Part shown: positions 1 through 14,490 of the stretch, piece after piece
How positions within the stretch are numbered: position 1 is the first letter of the stretch
Layout of the letters: every line of letters begins with the position of its first letter
DNA from: the human T2T-CHM13v2.0 reference genome, Homo sapiens
NCBI RefSeq assembly: GCF_009914755.1
Contig: NC_060939.1
Strand: one strand, 5' to 3'
DNA: 64,000 bases
Notes under the pieces: model-generated
The model's input: the letters and a program-made list of their open reading frames with translations, nothing else
Databases searched by the model: none
What the model was told of the DNA's origin: nothing
Position numbers and translations under genes: made by a program

Positions 1-151
1 GGTTTAGTAAGGACTATAACTGGAAAGTGATTGTTAATTACTGTTTTCTGAACTAAACAATCAGGTGCTTGATCATATTGTGCAAATTTTACTTCATGTT
101 ATGAAAATCTCCTTTTCTCCACTAGACTGAATAGCTCCCTGGAGGGGAAGT

Positions 152-230
152 TGCCTGCCTGCCTGCCTGCCTGCCTTCCTTCCTTCCTTCCTCCCCATCT
201 CTATCTCTCTCTCTTCCTTTCTTTTCCTTT
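152..230. repeat. (GCCT)n/(TTCC)n simple repeat and CT-rich tract
   Basis: tgcctgcctgcc...ttccttccttcc read directly. Confidence 0.85.
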
Positions 231-3200
231 ATCAGTGCTTATATTTGGGTATACAGTGACTCAGTGATTACTTGAATGATTTTTCATTCATCATTTCTGC
301 ATGGTCTCATTGATTAGACTAGATATTCTGCAAGTATTACTTCAGATCCCCCCAAGTGGTGTTTTCTTACCTAGTTACTTATGAAAATCCACATTCAGAA
401 ATTGCAGGTTATATTCTGAGTTAGACAATGTGAACCTCTAATGGGAATGACTTGTTTTCAATAAAATTTCAAAAGGGGGTTGTGTCTGTATGTGTGCCTG
501 AAATTAAGTCCAAGACTGGGTTTTTGTTGCTGTGTTTTCTGATATAGCCCTAATGGCCAACACAGCATTTCACCTATAGCATGTGCCAAATAAACATATG
601 CAGAACAACCTAATAAAATGAAATGGAGAAAATGGGAAGAAACATAAGTTCATTTGAAATCTGACATCTCATGTTCCAACTAAACTCTACATCCATCCTA
701 TTTCCACCTATGTAGTATCATGAGTTCCCTGTGTGGGCTGTTACGGCAGCTCTGCCCACACCGTCCTTATCTTTCTGGAGTGCTTCGTCTGTTCCTTTTC
801 AAGCTTCCTATTGTTCCTTTTAAGTGTGCTTAACTAAGTGGGCCACCCATCATAGCTCCTTTCTTTCACCTAATCTTCAGTTATTCCTTCTCAGGTTCCT
901 TTCTTCAGGTCTAATGTCCCCTGCTACATTTTCAGATGGGTTCCTTCTCTATCACTAATCTTCATGGGGTCATTAAAGTGAGTGCCCCAGATAATATTCT
1001 CTTTGCTTTCATCAAGAGCTTCATTATGCTTTTGGGAACATTACATATAAGCAATTATAAGTGCATATATTTCCTATGCTTTAGTTAAGACTGATTTGTA
1101 ACCTTCCTTTTCAGATGTTACAGAGGTGTAATTGTTGTCTTAGACTTTGGTTTGTAGATCTAATATGGTCATTTGAATGCCTGAATCATTTTGTAACCTT
1201 TTAATAAGCCCAGACCTCGCATTTATTCAAATATGTCTAAACTTGTAAAAGTACTTTCTCCTCTTCCTTCTTATGCTTATTGATTCTTACTTCCTTCATC
1301 CTTTGCTTACTTTTTCTAGCTTGTGGTTTTATTTTCCTCTTTCTCCCCCTTTTCCCTTATTTTCAGATGTATCTCTCCTTCTTCATTTCTTGCTTTCCTT
1401 TTTCAGTCTTTCTCTGGAAATATCAGTAAGTACAAGTAAAGTTTAGCTATGGAATACTAATGTAGGCTGAAGTACTCCAGTTAAAGGAAATTTACGGTTA
1501 GAGTAACGGCAGTTACTCCCTGCTTAGTGAACTTCTGTAGTTGTCTATCAAGTCTGGTCTGCAAGCCGAGGGACAGTTTCCTGCTTCCTCTTCTTCTCCC
1601 ATCCCCATTTCTTCCCCTGGCTTACAGAAGGTTTCTGGAGGATGCCTCAGGCACATGGGCTGGTGATTCTTTCTTCTCTATTTTACATATGGGTAAGAAC
1701 TCGTATGTAATGCTAACCTGAGTTTCTACGAGTGGTCAGCAGGAAATATTTAATTTTGTCATCTAAGATATGAAAATTTTCATGTCCCCAGAGAAGTCAC
1801 TTACCAAGGAACATGAATACTGCTAATAAAAGTTACAAAAGATGAATATAAAAACTGGAACTCAGGCTTCAAATTTACCAGAATATACTTGGCTCAAACC
1901 GATGATCTATGTAGGGTTTTAAAGTTCATTAAGTTGTTTGATGAGTGTGGAACTGATGGAGACAAAAAGAAATTGATGTTCCTGAAAGGAGCATCAGGCT
2001 CACTCGTTTCAGTGTGTAGAGCGATTCCACTTTTGAGCATCTTTGTCGAAAGAACTGGAACACAATATGTACTGGAAGCTGGAGCTATGTTGGTAAAAAT
2101 GCTTACTCACCAGTTCTCAATGTTCTCAATACTCCTTAACATCAAAATCTTTGGCCATCACAACATTATCTGTTCTTAAAATTTGACAAAGGATAGTCTA
2201 TTTTTCATTTGATGCTTGTACATAGGACTGGTCTATGCCCAAATAAGCAGCCTACAGGTAGTACCCAAATATAGGAGACTCCAGACTTTGTGCGAAGGGG
2301 AGATGGTTACTGTTGTATTTGTCTGTGGCAATGTAATGCCAAGGAGATAGTCATCAAAATACAGGAAATGGAGGCAAAAGTTGGGAGTCGGGAAGGAAAT
2401 ATTTGGTAAATCAAGAGGACAGTATGAATGGGTGAAAGGGAGTGATCTTGTGTATAAGTGCACAAACCCTGAGGTCCTTCAGGGCAGTCTTCTTACCCAG
2501 GCCTAGGGCACTCTGGGCCAAGAACAGTCATAAGTCAGACTGGACAGTTTTTCCTTGGGTTACATTCTATGGAGGCACCATCCTAACCAATGAATCTCAT
2601 GAGTAACTTAGCTCAAAGTGGCGGTGCTTGTTGGCTTCAATTTTAGGGTACATGTTCTTTGTCCCAAAATCATCAGGCTACACCTCTTTATGTGCTTCAC
2701 TGTCTTCTATTCAGCAATCACCTGTATTCCTTCTTCATGTCTTCTGTTTATTCCCAGAACTTATACTAAGTAAAACAAACAGAGGAGTTTCTTTGTTTTC
2801 TCTGTCTTTGCATCCCCCTGTCTGAAGTAGTCTCTTCATTGGAGCAGTTGCCATCATGCCATTTTTTGCCTCCCAACTTTTCCCAATCAACCATAGCTTT
2901 CTACACATATGCCTGGAGGCACTGTCCACAGGCTGGTTAACCCAGGAGGCTCTCTCTCCTGTGCTCTAACCCTCCCTACTCTTCCTCTCCCCCAAAGTTT
3001 ACCTGACTAGTGTTCCTTCACGTCGTGATTCTATTTGGTATCTCTACTGCTTTTATGAGTTGATTTGAATTAGAGTATTAAAGATTGACTAATACTATGC
3101 TCCCAGATAGTTGTATTTTAAAATCAGTCTTCAATGTCGTTATTCATGTAAGTGAACAATAACTGGAATTCTAGGCATGCTAGGAGCAGGATGCCATAGG

Positions 3201-4029
3201 TTGTAGCTGCTACTCAGAGGTACTCTAGTCCCAGGGTTATCAATCCCCTTCGTCAGTCTTATAGATAGAGTGTATAGCATTAAACTTAGAACTTAAAAGC
3301 TGTGAAATGTTAGTTTTCACAGGATTCTCTTAAGCCACCCATTTAGCATTTGTGTTTTAGTATTATCTCTGCTACTAGCTCTGCAAACTTGGTCTATTAC
3401 TCATTCATCTCTAAAATGAATGCTCTGTAAATGCAGAGGATCTCCCCCTGTAGCTGCTTTCCCCAGGAGCAGTGTGCTCCAGTGACAGAACTTTGTTTGT
3501 TTGTTTGTTTGGTTGGTTGGTTGGTTTTTGTTGTGCAATTTTATGAACAGAGTTGAGAGAATATATTTTAAAGGCTGGTTTTCAGAACGGAGCCTCTTCA
3601 TCCTACTATATATTTTTAAACATACTAAAGTTAACTTTTTTCTCGACAAATATACTTTGGACCTTTTGAAAGAGTAATCTTTTAAAACGAGTTCATTCTC
3701 TTCCAAATATTAATTCTATAATGTTCTTGATGTCTCAGTACTTTAGGGTGTAGTCACATAGTTAAGAAGGCAAAAAAATGTGTTCTTAAATCCATTCCAC
3801 CTATTATCTTATAGCTGTTTAATTCACTAATGTTCTTATAAGGTAGATCACTAGCTAATTCCACATTTTATAAGGATGCACTGAAGCATAGTTTGGTTTA
3901 ATTAAGTAATTTTTGGTAGCGAATTAATTGTTTTACTAGAAATAGACTCTTAGTTTTTCTTGCTTCACTTGGTAATGACAGTGCCTCTAGCTCTTCTTCT
4001 GTGATTAAAAAATGTATACATGAAATACA

Positions 4030-5295
4030 TATTTATACATTAAGTGCTGAGAGAAAATAGGATATTCAGTGAAATTATCTTTCAAGAATAAAGACTTAAG
4101 ACATTTTTCAGAAAAAAAACAAACCTAAGAAGGATTACCACAGACAGAACTTAGCTAAAGGATGTATTTCAAGAAGAATAAAAATGGTCATAAAAAGAGG
4201 GTTTAAGAAGAAAGAAGAAATGGTAAGAAAAACAAAATTAAATTAAAATAAAGTGATAAATATGTCTACTGGAAACAGTAACAATATGTGTAAGTTGTGG
4301 GGTTAATAAAACCAGTATGTATCCAAAATTTTGGATAATAATTGCATGTAAATAGCATGAAAAGTGGAAGGTAATTGATGATAAAGAATTCTTAGATCCT
4401 TTTATCATTGTAGGAGGGTAAAGACAGTGATTTTAGACTTTAAGTATAATATGCAAATTAAAATTTCTAGACTATCCAGGAAGAAAGGAAGGAAGGAAAT
4501 AGTACATAACTTTAAAGCAAGTACAGGAATTAAAGTGAGGAAAATTTTAATCAATCTGAAAGAAAACAAAATTGGAAGTACAAAATCAATGAGTTAAATA
4601 TCCAGATATAGCAATAATGACAACTTAATGGGCTTATCCTCCAATTAAAGCTAAAGATTCTCAGAATGGATACATAAACAAATTCATAAATATTAATTAG
4701 AAATGAATAGGGACAGTGCTTATCTTTGTAAGTAGTCCAGTTCATCAGGAAGTTATAAAATGTTTAATTGGCATGCGTCTGAAAATATAGAGCAAAAATG
4801 GTCAGTGCTGCAAGAAGAAATTGTTAAATCCACTGTTTAATGGGAAATGTTAACACTTATCTCAATAATTGATCTGTTAAGCAATCAACAAGGATATAAA
4901 AGAGTTGAAAGATACAATTAATAAGACACTGCATTCAGCAGTTATAGAATACATACTATTTTTAAGCACACACACAGAAATTATAAAAAGTGATCATGTA
5001 CCAGGCCAAGAATAACATTTCTAAAAATTTTAGGCAATCAGTATCATATAAATCTTATTCTCTCATTACAGAACAATTTAGATTAGAAATCAGTTACAAC
5101 AAAGATACCTTGAAAAAAACCTGCATTTGAAAATTTAAAAATTACACTTTCTAAATGACCCACATAACTTCCTTTAGTCAAATAAATTATACCTGATGGT
5201 AGAAATAACTAAGTTCAGAAGAGTTATGAAAATACCATATAGCAAAATATATGTGTTGTAGCTCAAGCAATACTTAGAAAAAAATCTGTATTCTT
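4030..5295 (+). mobile_element. Old, degraded L1M fragment (ORF1 end to ORF2 endonuclease region)
   Basis: A-rich plus strand with decayed L1 ORF2 motifs (atgggaaatgttaacacttatctcaataattgat; gaatacatactatttttaagcacac); similar sequence resumes at ~8300-8510 and 9575-10350. Confidence 0.65.
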
Positions 5296-5299
5296 AAAG

Positions 5300-8243
5300 C
5301 AGGGTGGGCAAAATTTTCTGTAGCAGAACAGATAATAAATCTCACTATTTACTGTCAGAACTCTGTTGCAACTACTCAACTTTGTTTTTGTAGCACGAAA
5401 TCAATCATATCCAATAAATATGAAAGTAAATGGGTCTGTCTGTGTTCTGATAAAACTTTATTTAAGAAAACAGTCAGTGCCAGTAACAATTTCTGAAACT
5501 GAGGCAATAATAAATAGCCTACCAACCAAAAAAAAAAAAAAAAAAAAAGCCCAGGACAAGATGGATTCACAGCTGAATTCTGCCAGATGTACAAAGAAGA
5601 GATGGTACCATTCCTACTGAAACTATTCTGAAAAATGGAAAAGGAGGGACTCTTCCCTAACTCATTCTATGAGGCCAGCATCATCTTGATATCAAAACCT
5701 GGCAGAGATACAATAAAAAAGGAAAATTTCAGGCCAATATCCTTGATGAACATCAATGTAAAAATCCTCAACAGTATACTGGCAAACCAAATCTAGCAGC
5801 ACATCAAAAATCAGGTAGGCATCATCTCCAGAATACAAGGTTGGTTTAACAATGCAAATCAATAAATGTGATTCATCACATAAACAGCACTAAAGACAAA
5901 AACCACATGATTATCTCAATAGATGCAGAAAAGGCTTTCAGTAAAATTCAACATCCTTTCATGTTAAAAGCTCTCAATAAACTAGGTATTGAAGGAACAT
6001 ACCTCAAAATAATAAGAGCCACATATGACAAACCCACAGCCAACATCATACTGAAGGGCAAAAGCTCAAGCATATCCCTTGGAAACCAGCACAAGACATG
6101 GATGCCCTCTCTCACCACTCCTATTCAGCGTAGTATTGGAAGTTCTGGCCGGGACAATCAGGCAAGAGAAAGAAATAAAGGGCATTCACATAGGAAGAAA
6201 GGAAGTTAAACTATCCCTGTTTGCAGACAACATGTTCCTATATCTAGAAAACCCCATAATCTCAGCCTAAAAGCTTCTTAAGCTGATAAGCAGCTTCAGT
6301 AAAGTCTCAGGATACAAAAATCAATGTGCAAAAATTGCTAATATTCTTCTACACTAACAACAGTCTAGCCAAGAGCCAAATCAATTCACAATTGCCACAA
6401 GAAGAATAAAATACCTAGGAATATAGCTAACAAGGGAAGTGAAAGATCTCTGCAAGGAAAACTACAACCACTGCTCAAGTAAATCAGAGATGTCACAAAC
6501 AAATGGAAAAACATTCCATGCTCATGGATAGGAAGAATCAATGTTGTTAAAATGGCCATACTGCCCAAAGCAATTTATAGATTAAATGCTAGCCTCATTA
6601 AACTACCATTGACATTCTTCACGGAACTAGACAAAACTATTTTAAAATTCATATGGAGCCAAAAAAGAGCCTGAATAGCCAAGGCAATCCTAAGCAAAAG
6701 GAACAAAGCTGAAGGCATCATGCTACTCAACTTCAAACTATACTAAAAGGCTACAGTAACCGAAACAACATGATACTGGTACAAGAACAGACACATAGAC
6801 CGATGGAACAGAATAGAGAACGCAGAAATAAGACCACACACCTACAACTATTGGATCTTCCACAAACCTGACAAAAATAAGCAATGGGGAAGGGATTCCC
6901 TATTCAATAAATGATGCTGGGATAACTAGCTAGTCATATGCAGAAAATTGAACCTGGACTCCTTCCTTACACCTTATACAAAAATTAACTCAAGATGGAT
7001 TAAATACTTAAATGTAAAACCCAAAAACTATAAAAACCCAGAAGATAACCTAGGCAATACGATTCAGGAAATAGGCATAGGCAAAAATTTCATAATGAAG
7101 ATGCCAAAAGCAATTGCAACAAAAGCAAAAATTGACAAATGGGATCTAATTAAAGAGCTTCTGCACAGCAAAAGAAAACTATCAACAGAGTAAACAGACA
7201 ACCTACAGAATGGGAGAAAATTTTTGCAAACTATGCTTCTGACAAAGGTCTAATATCCAGCCTCTGTAAGGAACTTAAACAAATTGACAAGAAAAAAAAA
7301 AAACCCCATTAAACAGTGGGCAAAGCACATGAACAGACGCTTCTCCAAAAGAAGACATACATGCAGTCAACAAACATGAAAAAATGCTCAACATTACTGA
7401 TCATTAGAGAAAAATGCAAATCAAAACCACAATGAGATACCATCTCACACCAGTCAGAATGGTTATTATTAAAAAGCCAAAAAATAACACACGTCAGTGA
7501 GGTTGTGAAGAAAAAGGAACACTTTTACATTGCTGTTGGGAGTGTAAATTAGTTCAACCATTGTGGAAGACAGTGTGGCAATTCCTTAGAGACCTAAAGA
7601 CAGAAATACCATTCAACTCAGCAATCCCATTACTGGGCATATACTCAAAGGAATATAAATCATTTTATTATAAAGACACATGTATGTGTATGCTCATTGC
7701 AGCACTATTCACAATAGCAAAGACATAGAATCAACCTAAATGCCCATCAGTGATAGACTGGATAAAGAAAATGCAGTACATATACACCATGGAATACTAT
7801 GCAGCCATAGAAAAGAATGAGATCATGTTCTTTGCAGGGACATGGATGGAGCTGGAGGCCATTGTCCTTAGCAAACTAATACAGGAACAGAAAATCAAAT
7901 ACTGCATGTTCTCACTTATAAGTGGAAGCTATATGATGAGAACACATGGACACATAGAGGGGAACAGCATACGTTGGGGCCTATCAGAGGGTGGAGGGTG
8001 GGAAGAAGGAAAAATAACTAATGGATACTAGGCTTAATACCTAGGTGATGAAATCATCTGTACAGCATGAAATAATCTGTACAGCAAACCCCCATGACAC
8101 ATGTTACATATGTACCAAACTTGCACTTCCTGCACCTGTACACTTGAGCTTAAAATAAAAGTGAAAAAATAAAGAATAATTAAAAAAAAAAAAAAGATCA
8201 GTGGATCAGTTTTGGCCCAAGCTTCTTGGTTTGCCAACCCCTA
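5300..8243 (+). mobile_element. MER58A-like hAT-Charlie element split by an L1 insertion (parts 5300-5479 and ~8204-8243)
   Basis: Terminal cagggtgggcaaa ... tttgccaacccct, internal ctctgttgcaactactcaact and taaaactttattta match the recalled MER58A consensus. Confidence 0.75.
5480..8195 (+). mobile_element. 5'-truncated older L1PA (about L1PA8-16 age): ORF2 RT and C-terminus, 3'UTR, poly(A); disrupted
   Basis: ORF-track peptides [30 protein letters not shown] (FADD altered), WIKKMQYIYTMEYYAA; 3' end ggcttaatacctaggtgatgaaat; multiple frameshifts. Confidence 0.95.
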
Positions 8244-8628
8244 CCTGCTATTTATGTATTTGTTTATTTATTTCATTTAATCATCCTTCATAGAACAAAA
8301 CTCTTGCCTTTTAAAGGCTGGTACTAGAAGAAGAGAAAGGTTGGAATAAATTAACCATCTAACATAAGATCTTAATTTAAAACCTAAAGAATAAACCTAA
8401 AGAAAGGAACAGAAAGGAAATAAATGATAAAGACAAGAACAGCAATAAATAAAAGAAAAGATTTCATAAAACAAAGCCAAATTCTGGTTATTTTAAAAGA
8501 CTTTTTAGCCTGGGTCCTCCAAAAAGTAGAAACTTAAGTACAGATTAAAGTTTCTAATACTTTTACTTAAGAGACACAAGTCCAAGTCTATGAAAGTGAG
8601 ATAAAAAGATCAGCAAAAAGCACCATGA

Positions 8629-8877
8629 GCCTGTAATCTCAGCACTTTGGGAGGCTGAGGCAGGCAGATCACTTGAGGTCAGGAGTTTGAGACCAGCCTG
8701 GCCAACATGGTGAAACGCTGTCTCTACTATAAATACAAAAATTAGCCACCCGTGGTGGCACATGCTTGTAATCCCAGTTACTCGGGAGGCTGAGGCAGGA
8801 GAATCACTTCAACCTGGGAGGCTGCAGTGAGCTGAGATGGTGCCACTGCACTCCAGCCTGGGCGACAGAGCGAGACG

Positions 8878-8962
<85 letters not shown>

Positions 8963-9033
8963 AAGAAAGAAAGAAGGAGGGAAGGAGGGAAGGAGGGAAG
9001 GAGGGAAGGAGGGAAGGAGGGAAGGAAGGAAGA
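8629..9033 (+). mobile_element. 5'-truncated AluS with a (GAAA)n(GA)n(GGAAGGAG)n tail
   Basis: Alu body 8629-8877; TSD aaaaagcaccatgagc at 8615-8630 and 9034-9049. Confidence 0.93.
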
Positions 9034-9245
9034 AAAAAGCACCATGAGCTGTCAAGGGCACAACATGTTGCCCAGCAGGCACATTGGCTCAGCAGCATGG
9101 TCTTTCATCTGCGTTTGAAAGTAGAGGTATGATCCAGCACAGGTGAGCTCCATGCAAAGGAGAAAGAAGAAGCTGTGCAGGGGAATCTAAGAATGCCTGT
9201 GACGTTTGTATTGCAATACAAGGACTATAAAGTTTCTAAAACTCT

Positions 9246-9552
9246 GGCCGGGCGTGGTGGCTCACGCCTGTAATCCCAGCACTTGGGAGGCTGAGGCGGG
9301 CGGATCACGAGGTCAGGAGATCGAGACCGTCCTGGCTAACACGGTGAAACCCCGTCTCTACTAAAAATACAAAAAAAAATTAGCCGGGCGTGGTGGCGGG
9401 TGCCTGTAGTCCCAGCTACTGGGGAGGCTGAGGGAGGAGAATGGCGTGAACCTGGGAGGTGGAGCTTGCATGAGCCGAGATAGTGCCGCTGCACTCCAGC
9501 CTGGGTTACAGAGCAGGACTCCGTCTCAAAAAAAAAAAAAAAAAAAAAAAAA
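9246..9552 (+). mobile_element. AluY
   Basis: ggatcacgaggtcaggagatcgagacc, gaatggcgtgaacc; TSD aaagttt(c/a)taaaactct at 9229-9245 and 9551-9567. Confidence 0.95.
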
Positions 9553-9574
9553 AGTTTATAAAACTCTGAGGAGA

Positions 9575-10350
9575 CTGATAAAAAAAGAGAAGGCATGAGT
9601 AATCCATATTAGGAACAAAAAGAGTACATTACTGATGGAGCAGAGATTTAAAAGATAGGAGAATATTTTGAACTACTTTGTGCCAATAATTTTGAAAACT
9701 TAGATGTTAGGTCAGATTCCTAGAGGAATGTAAATTATCAAAACTGACTCACAAAGAAGAAGACAATTAGAATGCTCCTATAAATTATTAAATAAAATGA
9801 AAAATGTATTACCAAGAAAGTTTTCTCCAGAAACACAGAGCCTAGGTAATGTTATAGGCAAATTCTACAGCAACAACAAAAATCAAGCAACTGATAATTC
9901 CAAGCTTGCAAAAACCTTCTAAAACAGTGGATATAGAAGAAACACTCCCAAATTAATGTATGAGGCCAGTACAAACTTTAAGCCAAAATCAAAGATTATT
10001 AATTTTCAGAAAGGAAAATTACAATCCAAGTGCCATTTTTTTTTGCATGTGTTCACTTTTGAACATAGATGCTAAAGTCCTAAACAAAATAACATCAGTT
10101 GGAATTTATGAATAGATGAAGAAAAACTATTTCATCATGACTGTCAACTGGTACAGTCACTTTGGAAAATAACCTGATAACATGGTGAAGTTGAATATAC
10201 ACATTTCCTGTGACCCAGCAATTCCTCCCAGTGGAGCCTCTAAACTCATCCACATGTGCATCAGGTATGTGTTCAAGTATGTTCATAGTACTGAACAACT
10301 GGGAACAACACACATGCCCATCAGCAATAGAATGGAGAAGGTGTGTACAT
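9575..10350 (+). mobile_element. Old L1M fragments (continuation)
   Basis: Decayed ORF2-like and 3' sequence (tgtatgaggccagt, tgtgacccagcaattcc). Confidence 0.6.
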
Positions 10351-10358
10351 TATACATA

Positions 10359-11213
<855 letters not shown>

Positions 11214-11769
11214 CATACATATATTCATATATATTTATAGAAGGAGCAGTGAAATGAAATAGCTAGTTACCTGCAACAATGTGGGCAAATTTCATGAACA
11301 TAATGGTGACAAAAAAAAGTCCTTGAAAAATACAAACTTCGTTTCCTCTTAAAAACAAGCAAAACTAAACAATATGTTATTTATGTGTACATACACACTG
11401 TAAAACTATAAAGGAAAGCAAGAGACTGACAAAACTGCACATTAAGGATAGCTGCAGCTTCTGGCAGATGGAAGGGAGGCAGGGAGTCAGAGGGCTTCCG
11501 AAGACTGGTCATATTCTCTTTCTTATATCGGTGGTTGGAACATGAGGGCTGTTAATATATCATGTATGACATTTCACACACAAAGGAAAAAGCGGACATT
11601 TTTCCAGTAGACATTAGGACTACTGCACACTCGGACCCACAGGACCGAAGGCACTTACGTGCTGGGCCGTGGGACTGGAGAGGTGTGGCTGCTACTGCAG
11701 CCTGCTGAGGTGGCAGGGCTGTGGCCCCAGGTCAGACTGGAAGGGCTGATGGGCTCACGGAGAGCTCTT

Positions 11770-12500
<731 letters not shown>

Positions 12501-12907
12501 TCCAAAGGGCGTTTGGCCACTGCCCTTCCTACAGACCCATCCTGATCCTACTGCCTGCTTCTCCTCCAAGGACAAACGCCATGTACTTTGTGTTATTCAA
12601 TCTTCCTTAGCTTCTTCCAACTTAGTGGCTCCCTTTGAACGCTTTAAGGAAGGACCACAGCTCTCACATCACCATGACACAACCATTGCACACATTGCAG
12701 GTTAGGAGAACTTACCTTTTGAGCAGTGCCAGACCTGTGCAGAGGGTCAGGGGCTCCAGGATGTGCTCTTCTTACTGTCTGTCATGCTGACAGTGCAGCC
12801 TTCCTAGAGTTGCATTTGTTTCTTTTGATGTTGGAGGCTTGATCCAGAATTCCAAAATCATTTAATTAAAATGTAAAGATTCCTATCCAGAGAATCAGAA
12901 GACATGG

Positions 12908-13293
12908 CGTGTTAGCCTGCTAGGGATGCCATTATAAAACACCATAGACTGGGTGGCTTAAACAGCAGAAATTTATTTTTCACAGTTCTGGAGACTGAAT
13001 GTCCAAGATCAAGGTGTCGGCAGGTTTAGTTTCTCCTGAGGCCTCTCTCTTTGGCTTGTGGATGGTCCCCTTCTCACTGTGTCCTCATGTGGCCTTTTCT
13101 CTTGCACACAGGTCCTTGGTGTCCCTTCCTCTTCTTACAGGGACACTAGTCCTATTGGATTAGGGCTCCACCCTTATGACTATGACCTTATTTAACCTTA
13201 ATTATCTCTTTAAAGGCCCTATCTCCAAATAGAGTCACATTTCGGGTTAGGGCTTTATGAATTTTGTCAGGAGACACAATTCAGTCCATAACA
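12908..13293 (-). mobile_element. MLT1A0-like MaLR solo LTR
   Basis: gactgggtggcttaaacagcagaaatttatt...tccaagatcaaggtgtcggcagg...cacaattcagtccataaca. Confidence 0.85.
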
Positions 13294-13399
13294 CTTGGAA
13301 TCTAATCATGGCCCACCTATACCCTAGATGTATAGTCTTGGGCAAGTGACTTTTCCTGTACTCCTGTGTTTCTCATCTGAAAATAAAGATCTAGAGACT

Positions 13400-13897
13400 A
13401 GAATGGTGGTTCTCAAATGTTAGAGTGCATTGGAATCACCTGTACCTGTAGGGCTTGTTGAACCACACACTGCTAAGCCCCATCCCCAGAGTTTCTGATT
13501 CAGTGGACTTTGTTTTGTTTTGTTTTGAGACAGAGTCTCACTCTGTCACTCAGGGTGGAGTGAAATGGTGTGATCTCAGCTCACTGCAACCTCCTCCTCC
13601 TGGGTTCAAGTGATTCTCCTGCCTCAGCCTCCCGAGTAGCTGGGACTACAGGTGCGCCCCACTGCACCCAGCTAATTTTTGTATTTTTAGTAGAGACAGG
13701 GCTTCACCATGTTAGCCAGGCTGATCTCGAACCTCTGACCTCAAGTGACCCACCCGCGTCAGCCTCCCAAAGTGCTGGGATTACAGGCATGAGCCACTGC
13801 GCCCGGTCTGATTCAGTGGACTTTGCATTTGAACATGTTTTCAGATGCTGCTGCTGCTGCTGCTGCTCTGGAAACACCACACTTTGAGAACCACTGG
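13400..13897. mobile_element. MER5A hAT element interrupted by an Alu; contains (CTG)7
   Basis: gtggttctcaaa ... tttgagaaccactg terminal repeats; ccccagagtttctgattcagt core. Confidence 0.8.
13513..13806 (-). mobile_element. AluSx-like
   Basis: Alu body; TSD tctgattcagtggactttg at ~13494-13512 and ~13807-13825. Confidence 0.93.
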
Positions 13898-14329
13898 AAT
13901 AGAATGATCTACATAGTTCTTTTAAGCCTTATCATTCTAATATTAAATTTATTGGAAAGTAACATCTTGCATCCTTTCTCAACTGGAGTTCCTCATCTGA
14001 ACCACAACCTGGAAATAGATCTGAGTGGCTGTTTTCTGAATTCTTCCAAAAATGGAGTATATATTGTACCATCTACCATCTAGAAGCAGGAGGGGAGGGG
14101 TTGTTCATTCATCATAGAGAGTGGGTGTTGTAGGATGTTAAAGGCTAATTCTCTCATGGAACCCTTGTTGAAAAAGGCTGATATTAGAGGCTCAGTCAGG
14201 CTGAAAGGACTCCAGTTATGAACTTTACTTCCCTCAAGGTGATGTCCACAGCTTGCAGGAGAGCAGAACCCCTCTCTTAGATGTCCCTTCTTTCTGTCCA
14301 AAAAGGTAGAAAAAATTAAAAAAAAAAAT

Positions 14330-14490
14330 TAGAGCTCAAAGAGATTGTAAGTCATTTCTAGACCAGAAGTATAAACTTTCAGAGGAGGAAACTGAGGCTC
14401 GAGGGTGACCTATGCAAAGCCACAAAGCAAATTAGTGTCAGGACCTGAACTGGAATTTAGGGTTAGTGATTCACCTGTCCAGACCAGTGC
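14330..14490 (-). mobile_element. MIR
   Basis: gaggaaactgaggctc core. Confidence 0.6.

Noticed and set aside
1501-1518. gagtaac-ggca-gttactc hairpin
   Set aside because: A 7-bp stem is expected by chance in 64 kb
5868-8031. RT-like ORFs as a novel retron or reverse-transcriptase system
   Set aside because: Ordinary frameshifted L1 ORF2 with the FADD motif changed to FADN
8048-8085. 19-bp tandem duplication atgaaat(c/a)atctgtacagc
   Set aside because: Ordinary slippage inside an L1 3'UTR
8778-9118. Low-complexity ERER/SLSL ORFs
   Set aside because: Translation of the GA microsatellite
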